Assembly: GCA_003427395.1 (NCBI GenBank)
Contig: BFEA01000036.1
Span: 2,016,031 to 2,080,030, forward strand
Direction: 5' to 3'
DNA length: 64,000 nucleotides
DNA from: Chara braunii
Lineage: Eukaryota; Plantae; Charophyceae
In this document: one piece after another, positions 1 through 11,280 of the stretch
How positions within the stretch are numbered: the first letter of the stretch is position 1
Layout of the letters: each line of letters opens with the position of its first letter
Program-made: the position numbers and the translations under genes
Notes under the pieces: model-generated
What the model was told of the DNA's origin: nothing
What the model saw: only the letters and a program-made list of their open reading frames with translations
Database searches by the model: none

Positions 1-233
1 TCCTATGCTATAAACCCCCCCCTCCCTTTCCCTCTTCGCCTCACACACCCTTCCTTTTGCTCTCCCTCCTCCCTCTTCGCCTCACACACCCGTCCTTTTG
101 CTCTCCCTCCTCCCTCTTCTTCTCTCCACCCTTCCTCTCCCTCTTTCCCACTCTTCCTCTCTGGTTTCTCTGCCTCGAGTGCATGTGTGCTCATGTGCTA
201 TCCGTGTATGTTCAACTGAATCTGAATGCCTAC

Positions 234-263
234 CGAACAAATGGAAAGGTCGGCCATAACTAC
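234..263 (-). CDS. Possible 30-nt micro-exon (VVMADLSICS)
   Basis: tgcag|GTAGTT...TCG|gtaggc, phase 0, compatible with the 705-836 exon. Confidence 0.3.
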
Positions 264-704
264 CTGCATTTTATTAGATGCAAGCTCCTCAACAAAGGTG
301 TTGTCACAAGAGACCCGAATTGCCCAGCACGTGATTATCATAGCTTACACCCCAAATCGCACCTGAATTCTTGAAGAGAAAGATCCAGTAGCGTGTAGAC
401 TACAGTAGTGAGTGAGCAATGGGATGGCCAAAATGAATCTCAGGGCAATAGAAAGTGAAGGCCATCATACTAGCATTCACACACAACCCTGATGCACTCA
501 CTGGCCAATAGCAGACACAATAACACATGGTTTTCTTAACTGACCCCCAGGACAGCCATTCCGATTTCGCTGCTTGAGAGCGGCCTCAAAAAGCAGACGC
601 TCCAGAGAAAAAAAACGGAAACAAACGGCCCTAAACATCTAATAAAAAGAGAGAAACGTTCTAAATTCTGATGGCCAGGTGATATGAATGCACAGCTTGA
701 GTAC

Positions 705-836
705 CGGTAGGCTGTGAATCTTTGAAGAGGCACCAGAATCACTAATAAGCCCAGAACCTACATGGCCTTCCACAAGCCTCGCCAAAGAACGGAGTCTGTT
801 ACATCCACAATAAGGATGGTCTCTCTTCCCATTCAT
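705..836 (-). CDS. Possible first coding exon of a further gene (MNGKRDHPYCGC...IHSLP)
   Basis: ATG shortly after tgcag acceptors (~848/862), 44 codons, donor CCG|GTACTC. Product not recognised. Confidence 0.3.
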
Positions 837-1021
837 TAAGTTTCACCCTGCAGCTATTCACCTGCAATTCAAACAGCCAGACTTTGCGGCATCTCTTTGC
901 GGCATCTCGATAGCTCATCTCACGTCCCATGATTGTTCAGCGTTCTTTTGGTGGACTGGTCGGCGTGATGTGCCTACGTGCGCTTCGGCCACCGCTCCTT
1001 GCGGCTGCTCGTTACACCCGC

Positions 1022-1118
1022 TACCTGGTTGATCCTGCCAGTAGTCATATGCTTGTCTCAAAGACTAAGCCATGCACGTCTAAGTGTGAACACTTTGCAC
1101 TGTAAAACTGCGAATGGC
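1022..1118 (+). pseudogene. 18S rRNA: 18S rRNA 5'-terminal fragment, left of insertion
   Basis: TACCTGGTTGATCCTGCCAGTAGTCATATGCTTGTCTCAAAGA...AAACTGCGAATGGC is the universal eukaryotic SSU 5' end, here with substitutions. GC-rich 940-1021 may be 5' ETS. Confidence 0.95.
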
Positions 1119-2409
1119 ACGAATGGCGTGGATGCTCAGTGGTTAGAGCAGCGGCTGGAAATGCACATTGTGGTATAAGGTCGTGGGTTCAAAACTCACA
1201 GCCTTGCGCACGTCCGCCGTTTCGCGCTTTCATAGCACCCAGCCATTCGCACACCCCCCTTGGGACGACGCATGGTAAATTTATACAGACACTGTCTGCG
1301 CAACGCCCAAGGGGTTTGACCCATGGTTGTTGTATGTCGGGGTCTGAGCTGTGGGAGGTCTGCCTGATGTCGAGTGATCTCATGGGTTGGCCGGTGCGCA
1401 TGGTTCGGGCCTTGGGATATGCGCCATGGTTTGGGCGGGGGTGAGGGAGGGTTTTTTGGGTAGAGTCTGTTAGGACCGTTGTACATGACAGTATGTGTTG
1501 GATGGTTGTACCTGATGGGAATATTCAGTTGGTTGGATTGTTGCAACCGTCGCACCCCCTGTAGAATCCTGACCGTTCATCCTGTCTTCCGTCCTCGATA
1601 GGACTAAGGCCAATGGAGTACCTCTAGCAGAGTCTGGGTACGCTCTGGATGTTTCCCGTGTACTACCATAGGTGTCCCTGGCCTGAGGACGGGAAAACAG
1701 GATCTGTTGATCAGGGTCCTGCACACAGTCTGAGTGGGCCTTGCCCCGAGGTCTGCCTATGAACACCAATGGGGCTAGCGTGTGTGGGAAAGGGGAGTTA
1801 TAGTTGGAACGATGACTGGTACTTACGATTCCCTGGGGCGGGCTTCAAGGATTACTTATGAGACCCTGGGCCTGTGCTTAGAGCGACAGATAGCCCTCAT
1901 TAGTCGCCAGGATGGGAGCTTGGACAGATGAGGGATAGGGAGAACGGGTACCATACATAGGGGGGAGTGGGAGGGAACATCGCATCTGGCGGAAGGGAAG
2001 GGTCCCCCATAAAGTCTGCCAGGTGGGAAGCAGCTTGTCTGTGGACTAGTCGACCCCGACTAGTTCGGGGTTACCTACGGTAAGAGTGCACCTAGGGGGG
2101 GCGGTCTAGTATTGGGCGTCTCGCTAGGAAAAATATGCATACATGCTAACCAGTAAGACGGTTGTATGTCCGTAGGGTCGGCTCGTGATGGTGCTATAAT
2201 AGAAGATAGAAATGGTACTCTAGGGGTGGGTAGGTTCCCGATAGGCCGTCCGTGCAATCAAAATGGATGGCGATTGTAGGGTGTACTGCCAGGCCAGACA
2301 TCCGACCTCTCCAACAACCCTGGGTTGGGTCCCCCTCGTAGATATGATCCCAGGTAGCTGGGGTCAGATCGCGTTGGGTACCCTTGAAAAAAAAAAAGAA
2401 AAAAAACAG
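1119..2409 (+). mobile_element. tRNA-headed, A-tailed non-autonomous retroelement (long SINE-like), ~1.3 kb, inserted in the 18S fragment
   Basis: Head has D-arm GCTC-AGTGGTTA-GAGC and T-arm GTGGG-TTCAAAA-CTCAC (A/B-box-like). No long ORF; A-rich tail 2387-2408. Flanked by duplicated (G/A)AAACTGYGAATGGC. Confidence 0.8.
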
Positions 2410-2513
2410 GAAACTGTGAATGGCTCATTAAATCAGTTACCCTTGAAAAAAAAAAAGAAAAAAAAAAGGAAACTGTGAATGGCTCATTAAATCAGTTATC
2501 ATTTATTTGACGG
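2410..2513 (+). pseudogene. 18S rRNA: 18S rRNA fragment resuming after the insertion, partly duplicated
   Basis: GAAACTGTGAATGGCTCATTAAATCAGTTATCATTTATTTGACGG continues the SSU sequence. A 59-bp tandem duplication (2379-2437/2438-2496) spans the element tail and the rDNA. Confidence 0.9.
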
Positions 2514-3040
2514 CGCCATTGAGCAGTGGTGCAGGTGGCCTCGGCCCTGCATCCGCTGCTTACCATATGCGAGGGTAGAGACTTGTGGGATGTGTGATGC
2601 ATCCGCCGATGGCGTCGTGAGGTTGGGCCCGTCAGTGCTGTGCTACACATTGCCTCTCTCTTGACTGGATCCAGAATGCACCTAGTGTGAGAGTCCAAAC
2701 TTGCTGATCATCATTTTATCGCACTCATCATCATCATAAAAAAAGAGCTACCAAGAGACACAGGGGAAACAGGGCCAGAATGCGCAAAAGTACACAAGCG
2801 CACATTCAGAAAGAGCGTAGAGACAGGAGGAGGATCAACTCAGAACTACAACTTTGGAGCAGCAGGAGACATTCTCTGCAACCTATCAGATAGACAGTCG
2901 GAATGAGAGCAGAGGGAGACTGAATAATGATACTGCACCCCCACAGGGTTGAGGGTTGTCAGAAGGAACCCTGTGTGCTACAGCTGGGAAAGGCTTCCTC
3001 CCTATACATGTCCCTTGGGTCACTTTTTATTTCTATTCAA

Positions 3041-3209
3041 CAGCTCCAGCTTATCCTCAGGGAAACTTCGAAGGCAGGGAAACTTCGAAGGGAACCACCT
3101 ACTAGACGGTTCGATTAGTCTTTCGCCCCTATATATCCCAAGTCCGACAAATGATTTGCACGTCAGTATGGCTGCGAGCCTCGACCAGAGTTTCCTCTGG
3201 CCTCGCCCT
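3041..3209 (-). pseudogene. 26S rRNA: 26S/28S rRNA fragment
   Basis: Antisense of the conserved LSU segment (GGGGCGAAAGACTAATCGAACC...TAGTAG...GTTTCCCT.AGGATA.GCTGGAGC), with a 17-bp internal tandem duplication. Confidence 0.92.
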
Positions 3210-3594
3210 TTATTCCAATTGTTACATCCATCAGGATTTTTTGTTTTTAAAGACCTGAGCTATTTATCAAGAATTACATGTGTGTAGTACTGTGTACCAT
3301 TTAGCCACAGGTGAGGTATACATGTCAGTCAGGCTAAATTAAAAATGCGAGATTGGGAGAGATCTTCACAATCTCCCGGCCTATGAGAGAGAAAGAGGGA
3401 TTCCTTGTCACAATATCCAGGCTTGCAAGAGATTTAACCTCGATTTCCTGGCATACAAGAGGATTATACAAGATTCTCCATCATAACCCCCAGGTGTATG
3501 AATCTGCAAACCACTGGGCTAGGGGGGGAAAAAACACTATGCCAGACTGCATGGGTAGAGTGGCTGCGTCAACAATTTGAAGTACAGTGCAGAT

Positions 3595-3654
3595 TTAAAT
3601 AGCAGGGAGGGGTTCATCTACGAAGACGAGCCTGGGTTCACCCAGCATGACTGC
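3595..3654 (-). CDS. Hypothetical protein, coding exon 2 (AVMLGEPRLVFVDEPLPAI-stop)
   Basis: Acceptor cctttcag|GCA, phase 0 and compatible with the previous exon; TAA at 3595-3597. Confidence 0.65.
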   Translation of the reverse strand, partial: AVMLGEPRLVFVDEPLPAI

Positions 3655-3795
3655 CTGAAAGGTACACACATATAGCTTTTAGCAGACAGAGCCGGGCGGA
3701 ATCAGATCAGACGAATACAATAATATTATGAGCTATCCCTGTTTTTCCTAGAAAAGATGAAAAAGAGGGAAAAAATGATCGGTTGAAGAAGTCAC

Positions 3796-5010
3796 CTTCT
3801 GGAGCGCTCGCACTGTGGCATCAGCCACTGCCATTGTCCTCATCCGGTCGGCAATCTGCTGTGCCAAAGCCAGCCACAACATACGGCTTTGTGCTCGGCA
3901 ATGGTCTGCTTCCTCGCTTGTTTTTATTCCGTTCAGAGATCGATGTCCAACAATGGACTGAACAGATTCGTTCTCCTCGTCAGTCAGGTCACTCTCATCA
4001 TTTGCGCTCGACTCTGCTGCCACCTTGGGGGAGGCCATCTCACTGGACATTCCCCTCAGATGGTAGTCCCCCACAAGTCCATCTACATAACGTAACCCTG
4101 ATGACAACAACATTTTGCTTGCGGCAAGACGTTGTTGCGTCCACTGTACAAGACCACCACCTCTGCTTTCCTCCCTAATTGTTCCCTGAACCAAGTCATC
4201 TGCCTTCAGGTACGGGTTCTCCCCAACTGCTACTCGCACCGTCTTCTTCTTCGCACCTGGAATCGACATCAGAACACAACCGTCACCTCCAAAGCCCAGC
4301 GCACCATCTTCCAAAATGCAACCTCCGGATGGCAATTCCACATCCACAGAAAGCAAGGGCGGAGTTGGTGACCCTGGCGCTGGTTGCCGAATAGCTCCTG
4401 ACCGCCACTTGCCCCTGCTATTACGCCGGATGGGATGAAGCAAGCCAATGAGTGGGGTATGCGACCCATTCTCTTTCTGGTTGAGGCCTTTGGCACCATT
4501 TTGTGAGTGACACCCATCCGAAAGGGCACGAGATTCCAACGGCTCGGGCTCAGAATCATACGGAATATTCATCCCTGACAGGGCAAACTCCCCCACACCA
4601 AAACCTGAGGGAGTATCAATGTCTATGCCTTCGTCTGTAGAATCGTCCTGCGTAACTTGACTTCCCGAGGGATCGCTGAGCACCATGTCAATATCGTCCA
4701 TTAAGTTCGGCACAGGGGCATACGAAGATGACACAGATGGCATCTCATCCATCAAATTAGGTATTTGTTCAGCAGGGCCAGAGGCAGGCGGCTGTGATGC
4801 ACTCCGACCGGATTGCCCACCAGACACACTGATACTACACATGTCTGAGTTGAGGCTTGTGGCTGATGAAACAAGGCCAGCTCGGATGGACGAGGACGAG
4901 GAACACGATGATAGTGACCCCATTGACGTTCTCCGAGAAACCTTCATTGGCCTAGAGGAGAGGCTGGACGAAGAGTCAATGCGTCGATCCCCACTCCCAC
5001 CACTCTCCAT
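3796..5010 (-). CDS. Hypothetical protein, coding exon 1 (405 codons; Ser/acidic low-complexity N-terminus, helical C-terminus)
   Basis: Long open frame MESGGSGDRR...ADATVRALQK, preceded by acceptor cttgcag| at 5031 and ending at donor AAG|GTGAC. No family recognised. Confidence 0.75.
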
Positions 5011-7206
5011 TGATCGAGCAAGAAGATGACCCTGCAAGCAAACCACCCTTGCACGAACCTGCAGCACCACCCAAGGACAACCATTAGCCAAATTCTTGAA
5101 AGTCTTTACTGGAAACAAGCGCGAACGACATGCTGTCACAGACTCACAGGTAAGAAACAAGCAGCCCCTTGGTATTCGTATCACAAGCAAGAGTACAAAT
5201 GAAATGAAGTAGCACCACGCATGACCGATTCCATTATGTCTTAGGAACTGCATGGGGAGTAGGCCAAAGTTAATAGGGGTATTAGAAGGTTAAAAAACAC
5301 AGTGTGTGAGAGAAATATGCTCATTAACAGTATGGCCCTGCCTCTACCGTGCATGGAATAGGCTATTGTCTTCCCCCGAAGAGAACGTATCGTCATTACA
5401 GCCGTATTTGGTCCACCTTTCAGTGTCCAATAGAGATATAACGACCATATGTTCGATTCGTGTGAAGAAGGTAGGCCATTGAAAGACAGGTGTCAGAATA
5501 CCTAGCAAGCAGAAAACAGAGGAAACCAAGCAGGTGATCTGAGCAACAACGAAAAGACGGAGAAAAACGAGAATCAAGGGATTAAAACGGCCCGAAACAG
5601 AATTGGATAAGAGAGCAGATGCGGAGAAGCAAGGACTCCAATAGTGAGGAAGGCACTGATTGGACAGATGTGTGACTTTGTGACGCTTGGGACCTGGCAT
5701 GGTTGGCTGGTTGGTTCGGGTGGGGGAATAGAAGGGAAGGAGAGGGAAGGGGGGAGGGGAGGGAAGGGCAGGGAAGGGGGAAGGGGGAAGGGGAAGGGAA
5801 AGAAAACAGAAAAGAAAAGAAAAAAAAAAAGTGGTCGGCGAGAAGTGTTTGGGGATGTGCTTGGATGATCAGGCAGCTGCCGTCGTTGGGAGAGAAAAAA
5901 AGTAGATAAAAGATCGAGGCAAGTAGAAATGTTGAAGAGGGGGACAGGAGGGAGGGCGAAAGAATTTGAATAATATCATCAAGATTCATCATGGATAACA
6001 AGAACGAAAAATTTACATCGGTCATTTTACAAATGGAACGCTAAATGTTAAATTCGCCACTCCGATTTTGCACAGAGGAGTGACATTCAGCCATCAAAAA
6101 CACAGGCTGTGATAGTTCCGAATGACACCCGGGCATACATCTGTACATAGTCAGGATAAAGACTAGGTGGTGGGATGGGGCAGGGGGAAGAAATGCCGGT
6201 GGGGACAAAAGGGGGGCAGGAAAGTTGAAGGAAGGTCAACGAGGCCAGAGGAATGAGAGACGAGTACAGAAGCAAAACCAAAGCGGAAAAAGAAAAAAAA
6301 CAAGAGTGCACTCTTCACTTATAACCCCCTCATGAATCTGTCCTTTCCCTTTCACAGATACTTCTTTATCCTTTGCATGCACGGTTCTAACAGCTTGCCT
6401 CCAATACCAGTACTCGCCACCAATTACCTGAGCCATCCATCTTGGTTTCACACCATGACCAAGCCTCCACTGCAGAGCTATCCATGGGGCCCAAGGCCCG
6501 TGCGGCGTGCACCCTCTTCCTTCACGCTCGACTTGCTGGCGTTCTTCGGACCAGACCCTGCAACTTGTTCTCTCAACCACCCCTTCTCACTCCCTTTTGC
6601 ACGTTCACCCACCTCTGGTGCAATCCATTGTGCTCAGAAGGCTAAGGACAAAAGCACGCTTCAAGCCCCCGATGGCACACACCTCCCACCAGTCCCCGCT
6701 TGTTACCTTTCAGAGAGGTGAAATAGCAAATCCACTCGATTGTCGGTGCAGACCTGCAAGATGAGCTTCTCTGCCATCCATGACCACAAGCATGCCAAAC
6801 TGCAAAAGAAGATGGCATCCACCCGAGAGGAGCCCGCATAACCAAGCACACAATTGATACGGCTTTCGGTCTGCATCGCCACCACAGCCGGTCCCCAGTC
6901 AGCAGCAGCAGCAGCCTGTTTTTCTTTCCCAGCACCATCCCTCAGACCTTACACAAGCTCTTTAACTTCCAGACGGGTGGGCACATGTGTTTCACAAGTC
7001 GAACACGGTTGGTTCTTCCCTCTGGGGACGATATTCGATCGGGACCAAGGATTGGGTAGGCCTCGCGTGGACGGCGCCGGCAGAAAGAACGAACAGATGG
7101 CAAACTTCCAAACTGGCAGAGCGCAAAAAACAAGACGCACCCACCTCCACACTTTTAACCACCACAATACACCCACCGCTCACACAATAAATCACACCTT
7201 GCTGTT

Positions 7207-7966
7207 TTAAAACGACGGCTGGGGTTGGACACAATTGTCCATACCCCCCCTGCCTTCCGCCATCTCCAACCTCGCGCGAGCAACATTCGAACCTGAAGAG
7301 ACACCTTCCAGCCCATCATGCTGCCGATGGTCCATGCCGTCTGCCGCTGAATCAAATCTGTGTGTAAGGCTCCTCCCTCGCACAATACCTTCGTCATCTG
7401 ACTCTCCGCCAATCCTCACCAAAGCCATCGCAACACCTTGTAAACCATTTACTCCGTCGCTTCCTCTCATGCTGTCGCTGTCGACAGACCCTACTCTCAT
7501 CCCAAGTTCTACTTCTGCTCCATTATTATCATCCTTGCGCATGCCTGAATCTCCATACCCCCTGTAGAGACTTCCACTTCCACCCTTGCTGCCAACACCA
7601 CTCGATCGGACACCGTCATCGCTCCCTATTCGTCCATAATTCCCAAGCATCAAAGTTGGGGCCTGACCTAGTGGTGCGCCTTGCACAATCATGGAGCTTC
7701 GACTCCCATTCCCATTCCTGCCGCCGTTGCTTGTGCCATTCATGCAAATAGTCGATATGTCATCACTGCCCCTGCCATTGCCATTACCACCTAAGAGCGA
7801 AGGCCCAACCATGCAGCCCAGGTTGCTCCCACCTCGCAACCCAACTTGAGGTTGTTCATGCGTGTGCTTCCCCTCATACGTGGTGATAACCATACTGGGA
7901 TCTTGTGTCGACCTCTCCACATGCTTCCGCACCGGACAATCTGGCGTTGTGCACTTGTAATAACTC
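7207..7966 (-). CDS. WRKY: Group I WRKY, exon 5 (zinc finger of C-terminal domain, Gly/Ser-rich tail, stop)
   Basis: Acceptor tttcag|[29 protein letters not shown]...[10 protein letters not shown]; TAA at 7207-7209. The five exons sum to 2847 nt, in frame. Confidence 0.95.
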
Positions 7967-8930
7967 CTGAAACAGAGCGCATCGCACACCTCGTGTCAGT
8001 GTGCCGCAGGCTCTGCGAAGAAGCGCAGGCGTCGCTTATATTCTGCTTGCAGACTTCGACAAGCTTCTGCCCAAGGATTCAAAACAACTCCCTCTGAGGG
8101 AAAGAAGCTGAAGCCCCTCTCCCAGTTTCCACTCCGTGCTCTCCCAACGCTAACTATGTGCACTCAACACAACAGCAGGCACCCAGATCGCCCACCATCA
8201 ACCGAATCACCGTTGCAAAGATGCACAAACACAATGCACATATTCCTTCCTGCAAAGCAAAAGCTGCTGCAATAGACTCTTTACGGAACTTAGCACACTT
8301 GGGCAATCATATATACACACCACAAGGATCGTACATTCGACCATGCCATGCGGAGAGACGTGGATCAATGTTTAGGCGATACAGGAGAGGGACACCACAA
8401 TCCTGCATCGGCACTGTACAGCCCATCGTACGAGAAACAGCACTCACACGTTGCGGAAAAAAATAGGGGCGGGGAGGATGGCCTTGCCCTAACAGAAAAA
8501 GCAACAGTTCACTACGAGCCTTTCTCTATCACTGACAGCCACCAGCACTCAAACACACAAACTTCAGGAGGGAAACATAATATCTTGTCAAACAATACTC
8601 GACGCATTTCACGACGAGAGGGGTGAGCATGAAGATCCAGATCTGGAGCAGGGTTTGATGGTCCGAGGTGAACGTCAGACACCCAGGACTCCCGCAGGAA
8701 AACACCTTGTGTAAGCCAAACACCAATCACCAATAATGAGAACCGGTGGGTTGTCATAACTGTGCACACAACTCACAAAGGCATCCAGATACAGATGGAA
8801 ATTCAATAACAATGCACAGCACTCGGTGCCTTTCAACAGTTCACCACATATAATCCTTCACCCACGTGAGTGATCTCACATTTGCTGGGTGTACAGTATC
8901 TACCAGAACATGCACTCATGTACGAACTTC

Positions 8931-9295
8931 CGAGACACCTCAGTCAACAGTCAAAGACAGAGCTCCCCTCGTTTGTGTGTGTCCTCTTCTCCCTCTCTGC
9001 CCGCGGTTTACTGAGCGGTTCTGTCCGACGATATGTATAGAAAACCAAGCATACATACAAAGACGTACACTTGCGATGCAGCTTCAGCAACACATCAGTC
9101 GCAAGTAAATTCCGAGGCACCTCAGTCAACAGTCAAAGACTGAGAACTCCCCTTGTTTGTTGTACCCTTCTTGCTCTCTGCCTACGGTTTACCGGGCAGT
9201 TCTGTCCGACGATATGTATAGAAACGCATACAAAAACGTTCACTCGTGATGTAGCTTCAACAACACGTCAATCGCAAGTAAAATACCGAGACACT
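8931..9295. repeat. ~180-bp tandem duplication in WRKY intron 4
   Basis: cgag(a/g)cacctcagtcaacagtcaaagac...tcgcaagtaaa occurs at 8931 and 9112. Confidence 0.85.
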
Positions 9296-10614
9296 GCTAT
9301 ATAAGATCGTGAGCCCTTTTGTTGTTCTCAGGCGATCACAGGCAAACATGGCTCTCGACTAGCGTGAAGAATCTTGACCTTTTCCCGCCCCCAGCCACAT
9401 CACAGAGACAGAAATAGGCCTAGCCTCCGTACTCACACCCTGAAGATGTGTGAAGGGGCAGTAGGAAATCATACAAAGGACAAAAGTAGAGGCAGGTGGT
9501 TGAAACACACTGACAGCAAGCAAACGCAGACTGTGGATGGGCAGATGCCAAGCATTCCACTTGAACCACCGGTACCCTGCCTAGCTACCCTGCATGCACC
9601 CTCCAGTTAATCAGGGCCCATGGCAAGACTCAGCCTGATGAAGGTGGGTGGTCAGCCTAATGGAGGTGGGTGGTCCCAGGGAGGGGGGCAAAACTTTTTG
9701 GGTTTCCTAACTTTAGCAATTTCCTGTTCTCATCTCCTTGAATAAATAGAACAATCTGAAAATTTAGTGGATGCATGGCATGTGATGCTGTGTAAGGGGG
9801 AAAATCCAAAAAGCATACATTTTTTCTTCTTGTGTTTTGGCCCTCCAGCGGTGGGCAAAATCCAGCACTGGGAAAATGAGGCTTGCAGATAACGGTTAAA
9901 GCGCTCTACATTTACTCGAGCTATGTCAACTGTTCACGATCTTATGCTAATATTTGGACTTCCTATCTTGCCTAATGATTTATCTCCACCCACTTGTGAG
10001 TCGGATGTTGAAGCCCAAGGTCCCATGATGTGGCACAAGTGTTACCTCGCACCTATTATAAGAACTCACATCCCCATGTTTCGACAAAATTTGCCTACCA
10101 TCTATGCAACAAGAATAGTCCAGAGACAGAGATAGAGACAACCACTAACCCAGGGTTCTAGTATTAGATTGGAATCTAGATCGTGTTGATTGTTCGAGAG
10201 ACCTCACTCCGTATCCGAAGAGAACGGTTTTAGGCGGATCCCCTTAAGGGTCCACAGAGGACAATTCTAACTACGGGATCTGTGAATTATCCTTGGTACC
10301 ACCGTGGAGTTATTTCCCCAGCTCCCACGATCTCGAATATCTTGGCCGTGAAAGGCCAAAAACTGGGGGCTAGGAGGAGGAAGGCCAGAGGGAAGAATCC
10401 ATTCCCATCTCCTCAAGGATGCTCCTGATCACGGTCTCACAGTGATGGAAGTCCTAGCTATCAGGACCACCGTATGCTTTTCAGATAGAGACCTCCGAGT
10501 CCTGACCTCTTTGTTATACCTGCCGGTAGGAACAGCACTGCACAGGAGAAAAGCTCTTGCCAATGCTTCATTGATTATTTGTCACTCACTAAAGACACAG
10601 CGCACCAATTGCCC

Positions 10615-11280
10615 GAACTAGGTGGAAAGATGGATCAAAACAACCCAAACCTTTCAGCTAGTCTTCGACAGATTGCTTGCATCGGGTTTCAGGTTTTCGA
10701 TTTCGTGCCCTTTCTTAGGGTTCTCGTCACACACTCAATCAGGGAGACGGCAAGCCCTTGAAGAAAGAGTGAGCCAAATCAAGTACAAAAGCTCTTGGCT
10801 ATACTTTCTCGATCATTTGCCAACAAAGAAGTAGCCCGGTCATCTTTGCTAGAAGAAAGAGTGAGCCAAATCAAGTAGAAAAGCTATTGGCTATACTTTC
10901 TCGATCATTTGCCAACAAAGAAGTAGCCCGGTCATCGACTGAACTAGATGGAAAAATGGATCAAAACAACCCAAACCTCTCAGCTAGCCTTCGACTGATT
11001 TCTTGCATTGGGTTTCAAAACTTTCAAGTTTGGCTTTCCAATCCCTTTCTTAGGGCCTACTCACACTAGGGACTTTTATGGAAAAATCACTAAAATTTGA
11101 TGGTTGGGCCAGCCGCACGAGGCACTGAAAGCAGCAAAAGTAGCAAACGGGGTATCAAATTTCACCGGCCTGGCGGGCTGCAGGGAAGTGCATTTTGCTA
11201 CCACCTCACCCTCAGAGTTCTTTTCATACACTCGTCAAGCAGACGGCAAGCTCTCGAAGAAAGACGGATAGAGTATAAGC
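10615..11280. repeat. Nested direct duplications (decayed repeat element)
   Basis: gaactag(g/a)tggaaa...cagctag.cttcgac at ~10615 and ~10941; gaagaaagagtgagccaaatcaag...gcccggtcatc at ~10760 and ~10852. Confidence 0.75.

Noticed and set aside
9-170. Plus-strand promoter (TATAAA plus CT tract)
   Set aside because: No supported plus-strand gene follows, and CT tracts are ubiquitous here.
1022-3209. Functional rRNA locus
   Set aside because: Only short mutated pieces, with 18S and 26S on opposite strands and no 5.8S or ITS.
5011-5253. N-terminal extension of the 501-aa ORF
   Set aside because: Mostly upstream of a clear acceptor at 5031 and reads like intron sequence; the ATG at 5010 is preferred.
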